NCBI GenBank assembly: GCA_903861125.1
Contig: CAIOTF010000038.1
Location: 78,060-142,059 of the forward strand
Reading direction: 5' to 3'
Length of the DNA: 64,000 nt
Source of the DNA: an uncultured Ignavibacteriota bacterium
Lineage (GTDB): Bacteria; Bacteroidota; Ignavibacteria; UBA10030; UBA8401
Made by a program: the position numbers and the translations under genes. The notes under the pieces were generated by a model. The model saw nothing but the letters and a program-made list of their open reading frames with translations. It was not told where the DNA came from and ran no database searches. This document shows positions 50,187 to 60,672 of the stretch, in pieces. The stretch's first letter is position 1, and each line of letters begins with the position of its first letter.

Positions 50187-51241
50187 TTCACCCTCCTCAT
50201 ATGCAGTATGCCTCTGAAAGGATTATACTGAGCGAGCCATTCTGTTTTTTTATCTGAGAGTATCACTTCAATCAACAGCAGCACGAATGCGGTAAAAAGA
50301 AAATACTGAAACTTGTCATCGAATTCAGTGAATTGTTTTGCGCCGAACTCGCGTTTTTCAAGGGTATTGATATCTTTATAGATCGCATCAAGTTCATCCT
50401 GCGAATTCGTTGCACGGTAATAATTTCCTTTACCGATGGAGGCGATTTCCTGGAGGGAAACCTCATCCAATTTAGTCAGCACAACATTTCCCGACCGGTC
50501 CCGTTTGAAATCAACCTGCTGTCCTGTTCCGTTATAGATCGGGATTGGTGCACCTGACGAAGAACCGAGTCCTATAGTATAGATGCGAACGCCCTTCTCA
50601 GCAGCCGCTTTTGCCTGTTCAATCGCATCACCGGAGTTATTTTCTCCGTCGGTCATGATTACCAGCACTTTGGTCGATGCTTCCTCGAAGTTGAACGATT
50701 TCATCGATTGAGTAATAGCAGAACCGATTGCCGTACCTGGATTCGGAACGGATTCGACATCAATCACATCAAGCAGCAGGCCGGCAGCAGCATAATCCAC
50801 AGTTAGCGGAAATTGAGTATATGCTTCACCGGAAAAAACGATGACGCCAATCTTGTCGCCTGCCAACCGGTCAATGAGGTTGCTGATCTCGTATTTTGCT
50901 TTTTCCAATCTATTCGGTTTGATATCTTCTGCGAGCATCGATTTTGAAACATCGAGCGCGATGAACATATCAACCCCTTCCTGCTTCACCTCTTCCATTC
51001 TCGTACCGACCTGCGGATTGGATAGTGCAACCACAAGCATTGCGTAGGCCAACATTACAAGAGTTGCTTTCACAACACCTTTACGACTGCTGTGCTGTTC
51101 TGAAAGACGGACGAACAACGCCGACGACGAGAACATATTCTTCGCCTTGCCGCTTTGCATCCGTACATACACAAACAGTGCAAACATCAAAGGGATTGCA
51201 AATAAGAGATATAAATATTCCGGGTGTGCAAATCTGAACAT
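50183..51241 (-). CDS. batB: BatB-like von Willebrand factor A domain membrane protein.
   Basis: Two N-terminal TMs, a VWA domain with MIDAS (DVSKSM...TDGENNSGD), and a C-terminal TM. 352 aa. Confidence 0.8.
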   Translation of the reverse strand: MFRFAHPEYLYLLFAIPLMFALFVYVRMQSGKAKNMFSSSALFVRLSEQHSSRKGVVKATLVMLAYAMLVVALSNPQVGTRMEEVKQEGVDMFIALDVSKSMLAEDIKPNRLEKAKYEISNLIDRLAGDKIGVIVFSGEAYTQFPLTVDYAAAGLLLDVIDVESVPNPGTAIGSAITQSMKSFNFEEASTKVLVIMTDGENNSGDAIEQAKAAAEKGVRIYTIGLGSSSGAPIPIYNGTGQQVDFKRDRSGNVVLTKLDEVSLQEIASIGKGNYYRATNSQDELDAIYKDINTLEKREFGAKQFTEFDDKFQYFLFTAFVLLLIEVILSDKKTEWLAQYNPFRGILHMRRVK

Positions 51242-51242
51242 A

Positions 51243-52235
51243 TTACGGTATTTTCCTCAGCCAAGTATTTGATATGCCAACATCGCCAATCAGCAGAAAC
51301 ACTGCCGCAAGAATGAACGAATAGAACAATTCTGTATACCGGCGATACGACCGGACTTCGACACGGGTTTTTTCCAGTTTATCGATCTCCTGATAGATGG
51401 ATCGTAATTTTTTATTATCCGTTGCGCGGAAATATTTCCCGTCGGTCATTTCCGCCATTTTGTTCAACACTTTTTCGTCGATCTCCACCGGCACCATTTG
51501 GTAGCGGATGCCGAACGGCGTCTGGACCGGATACGGCGCCTCGCCCATCGTTCCCACGCCGACGGTATAAACTCTGATGTCGTATGATTGCGCGATCTGC
51601 GCCGCAGAGATCGGATCTATCTCTCCGCGGTTGTTCACGCCGTCGGTAAGAAGAATGATGACCTTGCTTTTTGCCTTGCTTTCGCGCAGGCGATTCACAG
51701 CATTAGCAAGCCCGAGACCGATAGCCGTTCCATCTTCGATCATTCCGCTCTTCAGCGGTTTGATAAGCGTTTTCAGCACTTCATAATCAACGGTCAGCGG
51801 ACATTGCGTAAAACTTTCGCCGGAAAAGATCACAAGACCGATCCTGTCATTGGTGCGTCCGCCAATGAAATCCTGTGCCACGTTCTTTGCAGCTTCGATC
51901 CTATTCGGTTGAAAATCTTCCGCAAGCATACTACCGGAAATATCGAGTGCGAGAACAATATCGATCCCTTCCGAATATACATTCTGTCCTTTTGAAGACG
52001 ATTGCGGCCGCGCCAATGCAATGATGACAAGAGCGAGAGCAATCATACGCAGAATGAACGGCACGTGACGAAGTCGTTCCTTCGCACTGTATTTTACCAT
52101 TGCAAACGGCTGCAGCGTTGAAAAACGTACGTCACTCTCTTTCGCCTGCAGACGGTAATAATACCAGACCACAAGCCCGGGTATCACGAGCAGCAGCAAT
52201 AACAATTCAGGATTTGCGAATGTAATATCAATCAT
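51243..52235 (-). CDS. batA: BatA-like von Willebrand factor A domain membrane protein.
   Basis: Two N-terminal TMs, a VWA domain with MIDAS (DISGSM...TDGVNNRGE), and a C-terminal TM. 330 aa. Confidence 0.8.
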   Translation of the reverse strand: MIDITFANPELLLLLLVIPGLVVWYYYRLQAKESDVRFSTLQPFAMVKYSAKERLRHVPFILRMIALALVIIALARPQSSSKGQNVYSEGIDIVLALDISGSMLAEDFQPNRIEAAKNVAQDFIGGRTNDRIGLVIFSGESFTQCPLTVDYEVLKTLIKPLKSGMIEDGTAIGLGLANAVNRLRESKAKSKVIILLTDGVNNRGEIDPISAAQIAQSYDIRVYTVGVGTMGEAPYPVQTPFGIRYQMVPVEIDEKVLNKMAEMTDGKYFRATDNKKLRSIYQEIDKLEKTRVEVRSYRRYTELFYSFILAAVFLLIGDVGISNTWLRKIP

Positions 52236-52250
52236 TTTTCTAATTTCACA

Positions 52251-53225
52251 CTAAGACTGCACAGGAACATTTTTCGATTCTGCATTTTCATGGTCATTCA
52301 GTTTCCCGGAAACTTCAATTGCCGGTTTCGTCTCTTCGACTATCGTTCGCGCTTGCGTGATCACAAGTTCGTTCTCCGCAGCCACTGGTTGATGCTTTGC
52401 AAACTTCACAAGATCGGAACCAGTGAGTAACGATTCTATTGAACGGAACGTGTTCTTCTCCATCCTGAAATGTTCCAACTGAGTCATCACTTCGCCTGTC
52501 GTCATTTCGAGCGCCATGATACCGTAGCGCAGTTCAAAATAGCGGCGCACGATCTCTGTTGCCTCGGAGTAATATGCTTTGATCTCGCCCGCCTGCCAAA
52601 GCCGCTTTGCCTTCAATTCCTCCAACTGCATCAGTGCAAGCACATGCGGAGGTATATTTGGTTTTTTTTCGATCTCAGTGCCGCCGGCACTTCGTTTCCT
52701 CTTCTTGATATAATAATAAATGCCGTATCCAATTCCGGCAAGGCCTATCACAATGCCGGCATACATGGCGATTTCTTCGGCGGACATTGGAACCGTGAGC
52801 TGAGGTTTTACATCTTTGATCGCCTGCGATGTGTCAACCTCTACACCGCGTATCTCAACGGGGATCGGATTTGAGAGAGCAGAATCGGCCTTCCCGTCCG
52901 CACGGATAAAATGGACGACGAATGGCTGTATATAAAAATTTCCTGCGTCGTATTTTGAGAGGACGATATTTTTCTTGATGTCAATCTCACCATTCAGTTC
53001 CGTTGTGAGTAGTGTATCTTGACGAACGATCTCGAACGATCCGATCGAATCTTTCAGTACCGGAAATGTGACCGTTATGGATGAAGGATGCTTCACTTCC
53101 ACGCTGTACCGTATCCAATCGCCGATGGCAACAGACTGCGAATCGACCGTTGCAGTGACGGCAACGTCCTGCGAAAAAGCCAGTCCGGTAACACATATTA
53201 CGATTGAAAATATTCTCTTTACCAT
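52251..53225 (-). CDS. Hypothetical membrane protein of the bat operon (secreted N-domain, central TM, cytoplasmic helical domain).
   Basis: Signal peptide, TM at ~aa 150-172 (YAGIVIGLAGIGYGIYYYI) followed by KKRKR. Positioned between the DUF58 gene and batA, as in Bacteroides bat loci. Confidence 0.55.
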   Translation of the reverse strand: MVKRIFSIVICVTGLAFSQDVAVTATVDSQSVAIGDWIRYSVEVKHPSSITVTFPVLKDSIGSFEIVRQDTLLTTELNGEIDIKKNIVLSKYDAGNFYIQPFVVHFIRADGKADSALSNPIPVEIRGVEVDTSQAIKDVKPQLTVPMSAEEIAMYAGIVIGLAGIGYGIYYYIKKRKRSAGGTEIEKKPNIPPHVLALMQLEELKAKRLWQAGEIKAYYSEATEIVRRYFELRYGIMALEMTTGEVMTQLEHFRMEKNTFRSIESLLTGSDLVKFAKHQPVAAENELVITQARTIVEETKPAIEVSGKLNDHENAESKNVPVQS

Positions 53226-53254
53226 AGTTTCGCTTACGTTACTCTTTCATGCAG

Positions 53255-54130
53255 CTATACTCTTGCTTCTCTCATCTTAAAGAAGTCTACCAGCGGACGC
53301 AGATACGGTTTATGCGTTTCGATGTTGATGCGGTCAACTTTTGTGGACAAGAACGATTTCTTCATTCGTTCGTCGTGCAGTTTCCAAAATTGTTTGAACG
53401 ATTGCTGTATATTGCTGTCGCTTGTATCAATCCAGCGTTCCTGCCCTGATTCGGCATCCTTCATTTTGATAAGACCTATTTTCGGCAATTCGCGTTCACG
53501 CGGATCGTTCATCGTCACTGCAATCACATCGTGGCGTTTGCTGACAATACGAAGCGCATTATCATAATCCTTGTCGATAAAATCGGAGAGCACAAAACTA
53601 ATCGAACGTTTTTTGATGACGTTGTTCAGATACTTCAGTGCATCACTTACATTTGTACCGGTCCCCTTCGGCTGGAATGAGAGCAGTTCGCGAACAATGC
53701 GGAGTATGTGCGATTTCCCTTTGTTCGGCGCGATGAACTTTTCAACCTGATCGGAGAACATGATCAAACCGACTTTATCGTTGTTCCGGATCGCGGAAAA
53801 CGCAAGCACGGCACAGATCTCCGTAGCAATTTCATTTTTCATCGCCTGGAACGAACCGAACTGTCCTGATCGGCTCACATCAACAACAAGCATCACCGTC
53901 AGTTCCCGTTCTTCCTCAAATATTTTAACGAACGGCTTGTTATTCCTGGCTGTAACATTCCAGTCGATCTTGCGGATGTCGTCGCCGTAGGAATATTCGC
54001 GCACTTCGGAGAATTCCATTCCCCGGCCTTTGAAGACGGAGTGGTACTCTCCGGAAAAGACCTGGTTCACCATCCCCCTGGTCTTGATCTCCACTTGCCG
54101 TACTTTTTTAAGTAATTCTGCGGTTGTCAT
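53255..54130 (-). CDS. DUF58-family protein (VWA-like, MoxR-associated).
   Basis: 291 aa with the conserved DDIRKIDWNVTAR motif typical of DUF58 proteins found next to MoxR ATPases. Confidence 0.8.
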   Translation of the reverse strand: MTTAELLKKVRQVEIKTRGMVNQVFSGEYHSVFKGRGMEFSEVREYSYGDDIRKIDWNVTARNNKPFVKIFEEERELTVMLVVDVSRSGQFGSFQAMKNEIATEICAVLAFSAIRNNDKVGLIMFSDQVEKFIAPNKGKSHILRIVRELLSFQPKGTGTNVSDALKYLNNVIKKRSISFVLSDFIDKDYDNALRIVSKRHDVIAVTMNDPRERELPKIGLIKMKDAESGQERWIDTSDSNIQQSFKQFWKLHDERMKKSFLSTKVDRINIETHKPYLRPLVDFFKMREARV

Positions 54131-54198
54131 TTGAGTAGTTGAAAATGCTTTATTGAAAACTCATGTACTCAACAAATTTTCTGACGCATATTAACGTT

Positions 54199-55188
54199 CT
54201 ACGGTACTTCCACTTTGTTCAAAATTTCCTGCACGATAGTTTCGGAGGTCACTTCTTCCGCTTCCGCTTCGTAGGTAACACCGATACGGTGACGCATTAC
54301 GTCCATTGCTACTGCGCGCACATCTTCCGGAATCACATATCCGCGCCGTTTGATAAATGCATATGCTTTCGATGCAAGGGCCATTGATATTGTTGCACGT
54401 GGTGACGCACCGTAATTGATAAGATTTGCGAGATTTGGAAGCTGTGCATCCTTCGGATTACGCGTTGCGAACACGATATCCAGAATGTAGCGTTCGATCT
54501 TTTCATCCATGTAGATCTCCTGCATCGAAGCACGCGCTTTCAGGATCTCCTTTGTGGAAACGACCGGCTTCACTTCAGCGTATTTTCCCGAAACATTCTG
54601 ACGCATAATCCCAAGTTCTTCCTCTTTGCTTGGATACGTGATCTTTACTTTCAGCATAAAGCGGTCAACCTGGGCTTCAGGCAGCGGATATGTTCCTTCC
54701 TGTTCGATCGGATTCTGCGTTGCAAGAACAAGGAACGGCTCATCCAGTTTGAATGTCTCCTCACCGATTGTTACCTGACGCTCCTGCATCGATTCAAGGA
54801 GCGCACTCTGCACTTTTGCGGGTGAACGGTTGATCTCGTCCGCTAAAATAAAATTGGAAAAGATCGGTCCTTTTTTCGTCTGAAATTTCCCGTCTTTCTG
54901 ATTATAGATGAGCGTTCCGACTAGATCGGCGGGAAGCAGATCGGGTGTAAACTGAATCCGCTGGAATTTTGCGTCGATCGCGGATGCCAGCGTTTTAATC
55001 GCCAGTGTTTTCGCAAGTCCCGGCACACCTTCCAGTAAAATATGGCCGTTTGCCAGTAAACCGATGAGCAGACGCTCAACCATATGTTTTTGGCCGACAA
55101 TGACCTTGTTTATTTCAAGCGTTAAAAGATCGACAAAGGCGCTTTCCTTCTGGATCTTTTCGTTAATCGCTTTGATGTCGTAGTTCAT
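54199..55188 (-). CDS. MoxR-family AAA+ ATPase.
   Basis: Walker A LLEGVPGLAKT, Walker B FILADEINR and the conserved MoxR C-terminal region. 329 aa. Confidence 0.92.
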   Translation of the reverse strand: MNYDIKAINEKIQKESAFVDLLTLEINKVIVGQKHMVERLLIGLLANGHILLEGVPGLAKTLAIKTLASAIDAKFQRIQFTPDLLPADLVGTLIYNQKDGKFQTKKGPIFSNFILADEINRSPAKVQSALLESMQERQVTIGEETFKLDEPFLVLATQNPIEQEGTYPLPEAQVDRFMLKVKITYPSKEEELGIMRQNVSGKYAEVKPVVSTKEILKARASMQEIYMDEKIERYILDIVFATRNPKDAQLPNLANLINYGASPRATISMALASKAYAFIKRRGYVIPEDVRAVAMDVMRHRIGVTYEAEAEEVTSETIVQEILNKVEVP

Positions 55189-55415
55189 TATTCCTCCGAA
55201 TTTAAAATCAAGATGTCAGACACCAAGCACAATGAGTTCCACAACCGAGGTGGCTGACATATTAGTTTTTGCACTGCGTGAACGACAGATTAGACGGACA
55301 TAAAATAAAAAATGTTCCGGTGAAAAAGAAGAAAGATTAGTGTATTTTTTCTGCAATCTTTTGTATTATATGGCTACCATAAAAGAATAAAGACACTTAG
55401 AAAGGAATATTTTCG

Positions 55416-55799
55416 ATGAAATACGCTCTCCCGCTCGTAGCTGCATTGTTATTGATGGTCGGATGTTCGGAAAAGAAAGCCGATACCGAAAAATTAAGCC
55501 ATGCCAATGCGCTGGTAAACACCGGAAATTTTGAGGAAGGGATCAAAGCCCTGGACGAGATCGCAACCGTCAGTCCAAACGATCCTGCATTGAAACAGTC
55601 ACTGGTATCCGCTCACTTGAAGTTTGGTCATTTTTACTTAATGAATGATACACTTTCTCCAAAATTGAAGTATCCGAACGCGTTGAAACATTACCGCGCA
55701 GTATTGAAACTGGATCCGAATAATCAGGATGCTAAAGACAATGCACAGCAGATCGTTGATATTTATAAAATGATGGGACGCGAAGTTCCGAACGTGTAA
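55416..55799 (+). CDS. Small TPR-like lipoprotein.
   Basis: Signal peptide with lipobox (LLLMVGC). 127 aa. The only plus-strand gene in this stretch, followed by a strong terminator. Confidence 0.6.
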   Translation: MKYALPLVAALLLMVGCSEKKADTEKLSHANALVNTGNFEEGIKALDEIATVSPNDPALKQSLVSAHLKFGHFYLMNDTLSPKLKYPNALKHYRAVLKLDPNNQDAKDNAQQIVDIYKMMGREVPNV

Positions 55800-55816
55800 T
55801 AATTAGGATTCGTAAC

Positions 55817-55849
55817 AAAAAAAACCGGGTGATGAACCCGGTTTTTTTA
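55817..55849. terminator. Bidirectional rho-independent terminator between the lipoprotein gene (+) and hypE (-).
   Basis: AAAAAACCGGGT-gatga-ACCCGGTTTTTTT: a perfect 8-bp stem flanked by an A-run and a T-run. Confidence 0.85.
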
Positions 55850-55875
55850 TTTGTACTAATATTTTGAAAAGGTTA

Positions 55876-56931
55876 TCAACATATTCTCGGAAGTTGCTCC
55901 CCGGAGATCATATCGACCACACGTTCACCGCCGATCGCAGTTTGCAGAACAACTACTGAAGGATGATCGTCCGTCACTACGCCGATAATTGCTGACTCTG
56001 TTCCTGCAGGATGTTTCTTCATAGCAGACAGAACCTTTGCTGCGTCTGATGATGAAACGATTGCGATCAATTTCCCTTCGTTAGCAACATAGAGCGGATC
56101 AAAACCGAGTATCTCACAAGCAGAACGGACGTTCTCGTTAGCAGGAATTGACTTCTCGAATAGCCGTATTCCCTTGTGTGCGGATGCTGCTATCTCATTC
56201 ATCGTGCTGGCAACACCGCCGCGCGTGGGGTCGCGAAGGAAATGTATGTCCGGTGAAACTCGGTACATCTCTTCCACCAATCCGTTAAGAGCGCAGGTAT
56301 CCGACCGTATCTCCGATTCAAATTCAAGTCCTTCGCGGACGGACATAACTGCCATTCCGTGATCACCAATTGTGCCGCTGATGATGATCGTATCACCCGC
56401 TTTGATCCTTGAAGGATGAATGAGCCTACCTTCCGGTATCATGCCAACACCGGATGTGGTAATAAATACTTTGTCTGCCTTACCGCGCGGAACAACTTTT
56501 GTATCACCGGTAACGATCGATACTCCCGCTTTTTTTGCCGATAATGCCATCGATGCAACAATGGTTTCCAATTCGGCCATGGATAATCCCTCTTCGATAA
56601 TAAAGGAAGCGGAAAGATATTTTGGCCGAGCTCCGCACATAGCAATATCGTTCACTGTACCGTTCACGGCAAGTTCTCCGATATTTCCGCCGGGAAATAT
56701 TATCGGACTGACCACATATGAATCTGTTGACATTGCAATTCTTCCGGCATCAACCGAGACCATTGCTCCATCATGCATCAGATCAAGATCGGGATTGGAA
56801 AAATGCTTTTTGAAGACCCGCTCGATAAGCTGGTGTGTTAATTTTCCGCCACCGCCGTGAGCAAGAACGATGGTCGGATAATCGTTCATTGGAACCGGAC
56901 AGTTGAGGCCTTGCGAGATATCATTTGTCAT
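55876..56931 (-). CDS. hypE: Hydrogenase maturation factor HypE (carbamoyl dehydratase).
   Basis: AIR-synthase-like fold, conserved CGARPKYL motif and a C-terminal ...PRIC cysteine. 351 aa. Confidence 0.92.
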   Translation of the reverse strand: MTNDISQGLNCPVPMNDYPTIVLAHGGGGKLTHQLIERVFKKHFSNPDLDLMHDGAMVSVDAGRIAMSTDSYVVSPIIFPGGNIGELAVNGTVNDIAMCGARPKYLSASFIIEEGLSMAELETIVASMALSAKKAGVSIVTGDTKVVPRGKADKVFITTSGVGMIPEGRLIHPSRIKAGDTIIISGTIGDHGMAVMSVREGLEFESEIRSDTCALNGLVEEMYRVSPDIHFLRDPTRGGVASTMNEIAASAHKGIRLFEKSIPANENVRSACEILGFDPLYVANEGKLIAIVSSSDAAKVLSAMKKHPAGTESAIIGVVTDDHPSVVVLQTAIGGERVVDMISGEQLPRIC

Positions 56932-56947
56932 AAAATCCAGTCATTAC

Positions 56948-58075
56948 TTAATGTTTTTTGTTCACCATTCCAGAACCGGAAGACGCAACATTCTGTCGTT
57001 TATAATTATAATATGCTGCACACGCACCTTCCGATGAGACCATCGGTGCGCCGAGCGGAGATTCGGGAGTGCATTGATTTCCAAAAGCCGAACATTCGAA
57101 CGGTTTGTTAAGTCCCCGCAGAATATTCCCGGCGATGCAAAGCGGCGATTCTTCGACAGAAACAATTCCGAGAGAAAATTTCTCTTCGGCATCGAAATGT
57201 ATAAATTCTTTTTTCAACGAATATCCGCTTTTCGGTATTTCGCCTATCCCGCGCCATTTTCTGTGCGATATTTCGAAAACGTTGAATATCATTTGCTGTG
57301 CAGGAATGTTCCCCTCTTTTTTCACCATGCGCGAATATTGATTTTCAAGTTCACAGCGTCCTTCTTCAAGCTGCGTTACAAGCATCAGTATTCCGTGAAG
57401 AATATCGGTCGGTTCAAAACCTGTGACAACGATGGGAACGTTATATTTTTTTGCAAGAGGAATATATTCTTCATATCCCATTACCGTGCAGACATGTCCG
57501 GCCGCAAGAAAACCCTGCACACGATTTGTTGATGAAGAGAGCAACGCTTCCATAGCGGGTGGAACCAGAACATGTGAGCATAGGATGGAAAAATTCTTCA
57601 GATTTTTTTTGTGCGCTTGCCATACAGCCATAGCATTTGCCGGCGCCGTGGTTTCAAAACCGACGGCAAAAAAGACCACTTCTTTATCGGGATTTTTCTC
57701 GGCAATGGTCACTGCATCCAGTGGCGAATACACGATCCGCACGTCACCGCCGTTCGCTTTTACTGTAAGCAGGTCGGAGGTGGAACCCGGAACTCTCAGC
57801 ATATCGCCGAATGATGTAAAAATAACGTTCGGTTTCCGCGCAATAAGGATGGCTTTCTCGATCATTTCCAGCGGCGTTACACATACCGGGCAACCCGGAC
57901 CATGCACAATGGAAAGTGACGAAGGGAGCAAGTTCTCCAATCCCGATTTTACGATGGAGTGTGTTTGTCCGCCGCAAATTTCCATAATCGTCCAAGGTCG
58001 CGTTGTCACCTTATGAATATTTTCGGAAAGTGATTTAGCAAAAATGGGGTCCCGGAACTCGTCGAGATACTTCAT
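56948..58075 (-). CDS. hypD: Hydrogenase maturation factor HypD.
   Basis: Conserved [14 protein letters not shown] and C-terminal Cys-rich motifs. Its stop overlaps the hypC start. Confidence 0.93.
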   Translation of the reverse strand: MKYLDEFRDPIFAKSLSENIHKVTTRPWTIMEICGGQTHSIVKSGLENLLPSSLSIVHGPGCPVCVTPLEMIEKAILIARKPNVIFTSFGDMLRVPGSTSDLLTVKANGGDVRIVYSPLDAVTIAEKNPDKEVVFFAVGFETTAPANAMAVWQAHKKNLKNFSILCSHVLVPPAMEALLSSSTNRVQGFLAAGHVCTVMGYEEYIPLAKKYNVPIVVTGFEPTDILHGILMLVTQLEEGRCELENQYSRMVKKEGNIPAQQMIFNVFEISHRKWRGIGEIPKSGYSLKKEFIHFDAEEKFSLGIVSVEESPLCIAGNILRGLNKPFECSAFGNQCTPESPLGAPMVSSEGACAAYYNYKRQNVASSGSGMVNKKH

Positions 58076-58329
58076 GCAGGATCCCCTTCTTTCAATTCAT
58101 CAAGAGCATCCCCCATCTGCTTGAATAATTCTATCGTCTCCAGTGCTTCTTTTTCGTCCACTTTTGTTAGGGCAACGCCAACGTGGACAAGAACATAATC
58201 GTGCAGTCCCGCTTCCGGAAGAAAATCAAGACAGACATTTTTAATAATCCCTCCAAAATTCACCTTGGCCATTTTGGGGTTAGAAGCTGCGTCGATGTAT
58301 TCTATTCTGCCGGGAATTGCGAGACACAT
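58072..58329 (-). CDS. hypC: Hydrogenase maturation factor HypC.
   Basis: 85 aa starting with the MCLAIPG motif (essential Cys2). Confidence 0.9.
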   Translation of the reverse strand: MCLAIPGRIEYIDAASNPKMAKVNFGGIIKNVCLDFLPEAGLHDYVLVHVGVALTKVDEKEALETIELFKQMGDALDELKEGDPA

Positions 58330-58353
58330 ATGATCCTCTTTTATCGGTGAACG

Positions 58354-60672
58354 TTATTGTGTTGCAAGGAAAACTGAATAAATTTGTCCCAAAGAAATTC
58401 CGCCGTCATTGGCCGGAACTCGCTGGTGCCAATATGGAGTAAATCCATTCCGCCGGAGTAATGTAATGGTTTGTTCCAATAAAATCATGTTTTGGAAGCA
58501 TCCGCCGGAAAGGACCACTTTCGGTATCTTATATTTCTGTGCCGTTTGAAGAATGAGCAACGCCAACGTATTGTGAAAGATCCTTGCAATTTCGTTTTTC
58601 GATCTGCCTTCTTCCACTTCTTTCAAGATCGTTTCGAACATAGGAAGCCAGTTCCAGGTCAATAAACCCTGATATTCTTCTAACGGTACCGGATAAGCCG
58701 TTTCGATTATACTTTGCGAAGCAAGGTGTTCCAATTCCATTGCCGCCTGGCCTTCAAAAGAATTCTTCATTCTGATGCCGCAGAATGCCGCAACAGCATC
58801 GAAAATTCTTCCCATACTGGTCGTTACGGGAGAATTAATATTTTTGGCGAGCATGTCACACAACACCCTGCGTTCATGATCCGTAAAACCATCGTTGATT
58901 ATTTTCGATTTGTCCAGACAATCATTGCCGTAGATCTCGTGCAAAATACTTGCAGCACATCGCCTCGGTTCGCGAATGGCCGATTCACCACCGGGTAATT
59001 TGAAGGACCGAATCGTTCCAACACGGCGGAAGGCGCCGTTTTCAAACAGAATGCTTTCTCCGCCCCAGATTGTTCCTTCTGTGCCATAGCCCGTTCCGTC
59101 CCACGAAAAGCCGATGACGGTTTCCGTCAATTCATTCTCTGCCATGCAGGAAGCAATATGCGCGGAATGATGCTGCAGAGCCGTCACCGCAGCATCGTGA
59201 AACCGTGCGGAGAGTCCGTTCTTTGCAAATTCCGTTGAAAGATATTCCGGATGCAGATCGTGGACGATGACAGACGGAATGATATCATACAGCGACCGAA
59301 AATCATCGATGGCCTTTTTAAATGATGAAAGGGATTCGGCTGTCTCAAGGTCACCAATATGCTGACTGACAAAGATCGAATCATCCTTTCCGAAGGCGAA
59401 CGTATTTTTCAATTGGCCTCCCACGGCCAGTACCGTCCGTTCCAATTTTTGCGGAAGATGGATCGGTAGCGGAGCATATCCGCGCGCACGTCGCAGCATC
59501 AATTCGCGATCCTGAACCACACGGACAATCGAATCATCGCAATACCGTTCGATTGGTCTGTTATGCACAAGAAAAAGATCGGCAATTCCATGGAGTTTCT
59601 TTACGGCAGTTTCTTCACGGTAACAGATCGGCTCATCACTGATATTTCCGCTAGTGGCAACAACCGGTATGTGCAGTAACGACATCAACAGATGATGCAG
59701 CGGTGTGTACGGCAGCATCACTGCCAGATGCTGATTGTTCGGCGCAACATGCGAAGAAATTCCGGATGAGTGGTACGGAAGAGTTTTCAACAGAACGATG
59801 GGTGCCTGAGGTGAACATACCAATCTCTTCTCCGTCTCCGAAACAGTGCAGACTTTTTCCACATGATCAAACGAGGGAAACATCACTGCAAATGGTTTTT
59901 CTTCGCGGTGCTTCCGGATTCTCAATTTTTTAACTACATCATCGCTGCCGGCATCGCACATCAATAAATATCCGCCGAGCCCTTTTACTGCTATAATGTC
60001 GCCGTTCTGTATCGACTTCGCTGCAGTTTCCACCGCCGAATGATGCATAGCAACGATAGCACCATTCCGGTCCCAGAGTTCTGCATGCGGTCCGCACTGA
60101 GGGCATGCATTCGGCTGAGCGTGAAATCTTCTGTCGTGCGGATCATGATATTCCTTTTCACATTGTTCACACATTGTGAATGACTTCATGGTAGTATTTT
60201 TCCGGTCATACGGCAATGACTGAACAATGGTAAAACGGGGTCCGCAATTGGTACAATTGGTGAATGGATATAAATACCGGCGATCGTTGACATCGAACAC
60301 TTCCCTTAGACAATCAGGACATGTTGCGATATCGGGGATAACCAATGCTGTAGTCGATCCGCCGACGGTGCTTTCCCGTATCTTAAAATCGGTATATCCT
60401 TTTGGATCGAGGAATGATGTTTCGCAGCTGTAAATACTGGAGATGGCAGGTTTTTCGGAATGAATCCTTGCAATAAATGTGCGGAGAAGATTCTGTTCAC
60501 CTTCAACTTCGATCAGCACACCCTGGGGTGTGTTCGATACCCAGCCGCGGAGACGCATCTCGCTGGCAAGACGGTATACAAACGGGCGGAATCCAACCCC
60601 CTGCACAGCACCTTGAATGGCAGCCTTTAGACGGCGCGTTTCTTCGTTTGGCTTCTCAACCACTCGCACCAT
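58354..60672 (-). CDS. hypF: Carbamoyltransferase HypF.
   Basis: 772 aa: acylphosphatase domain (VQGVGFRPFVYRLA), two CxxC-x18-CxxC zinc fingers, YrdC-like and Kae1-like domains. The listed start overlaps hypB by 46 nt. Confidence 0.92.
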   Translation of the reverse strand: MVRVVEKPNEETRRLKAAIQGAVQGVGFRPFVYRLASEMRLRGWVSNTPQGVLIEVEGEQNLLRTFIARIHSEKPAISSIYSCETSFLDPKGYTDFKIRESTVGGSTTALVIPDIATCPDCLREVFDVNDRRYLYPFTNCTNCGPRFTIVQSLPYDRKNTTMKSFTMCEQCEKEYHDPHDRRFHAQPNACPQCGPHAELWDRNGAIVAMHHSAVETAAKSIQNGDIIAVKGLGGYLLMCDAGSDDVVKKLRIRKHREEKPFAVMFPSFDHVEKVCTVSETEKRLVCSPQAPIVLLKTLPYHSSGISSHVAPNNQHLAVMLPYTPLHHLLMSLLHIPVVATSGNISDEPICYREETAVKKLHGIADLFLVHNRPIERYCDDSIVRVVQDRELMLRRARGYAPLPIHLPQKLERTVLAVGGQLKNTFAFGKDDSIFVSQHIGDLETAESLSSFKKAIDDFRSLYDIIPSVIVHDLHPEYLSTEFAKNGLSARFHDAAVTALQHHSAHIASCMAENELTETVIGFSWDGTGYGTEGTIWGGESILFENGAFRRVGTIRSFKLPGGESAIREPRRCAASILHEIYGNDCLDKSKIINDGFTDHERRVLCDMLAKNINSPVTTSMGRIFDAVAAFCGIRMKNSFEGQAAMELEHLASQSIIETAYPVPLEEYQGLLTWNWLPMFETILKEVEEGRSKNEIARIFHNTLALLILQTAQKYKIPKVVLSGGCFQNMILLEQTITLLRRNGFTPYWHQRVPANDGGISLGQIYSVFLATQ

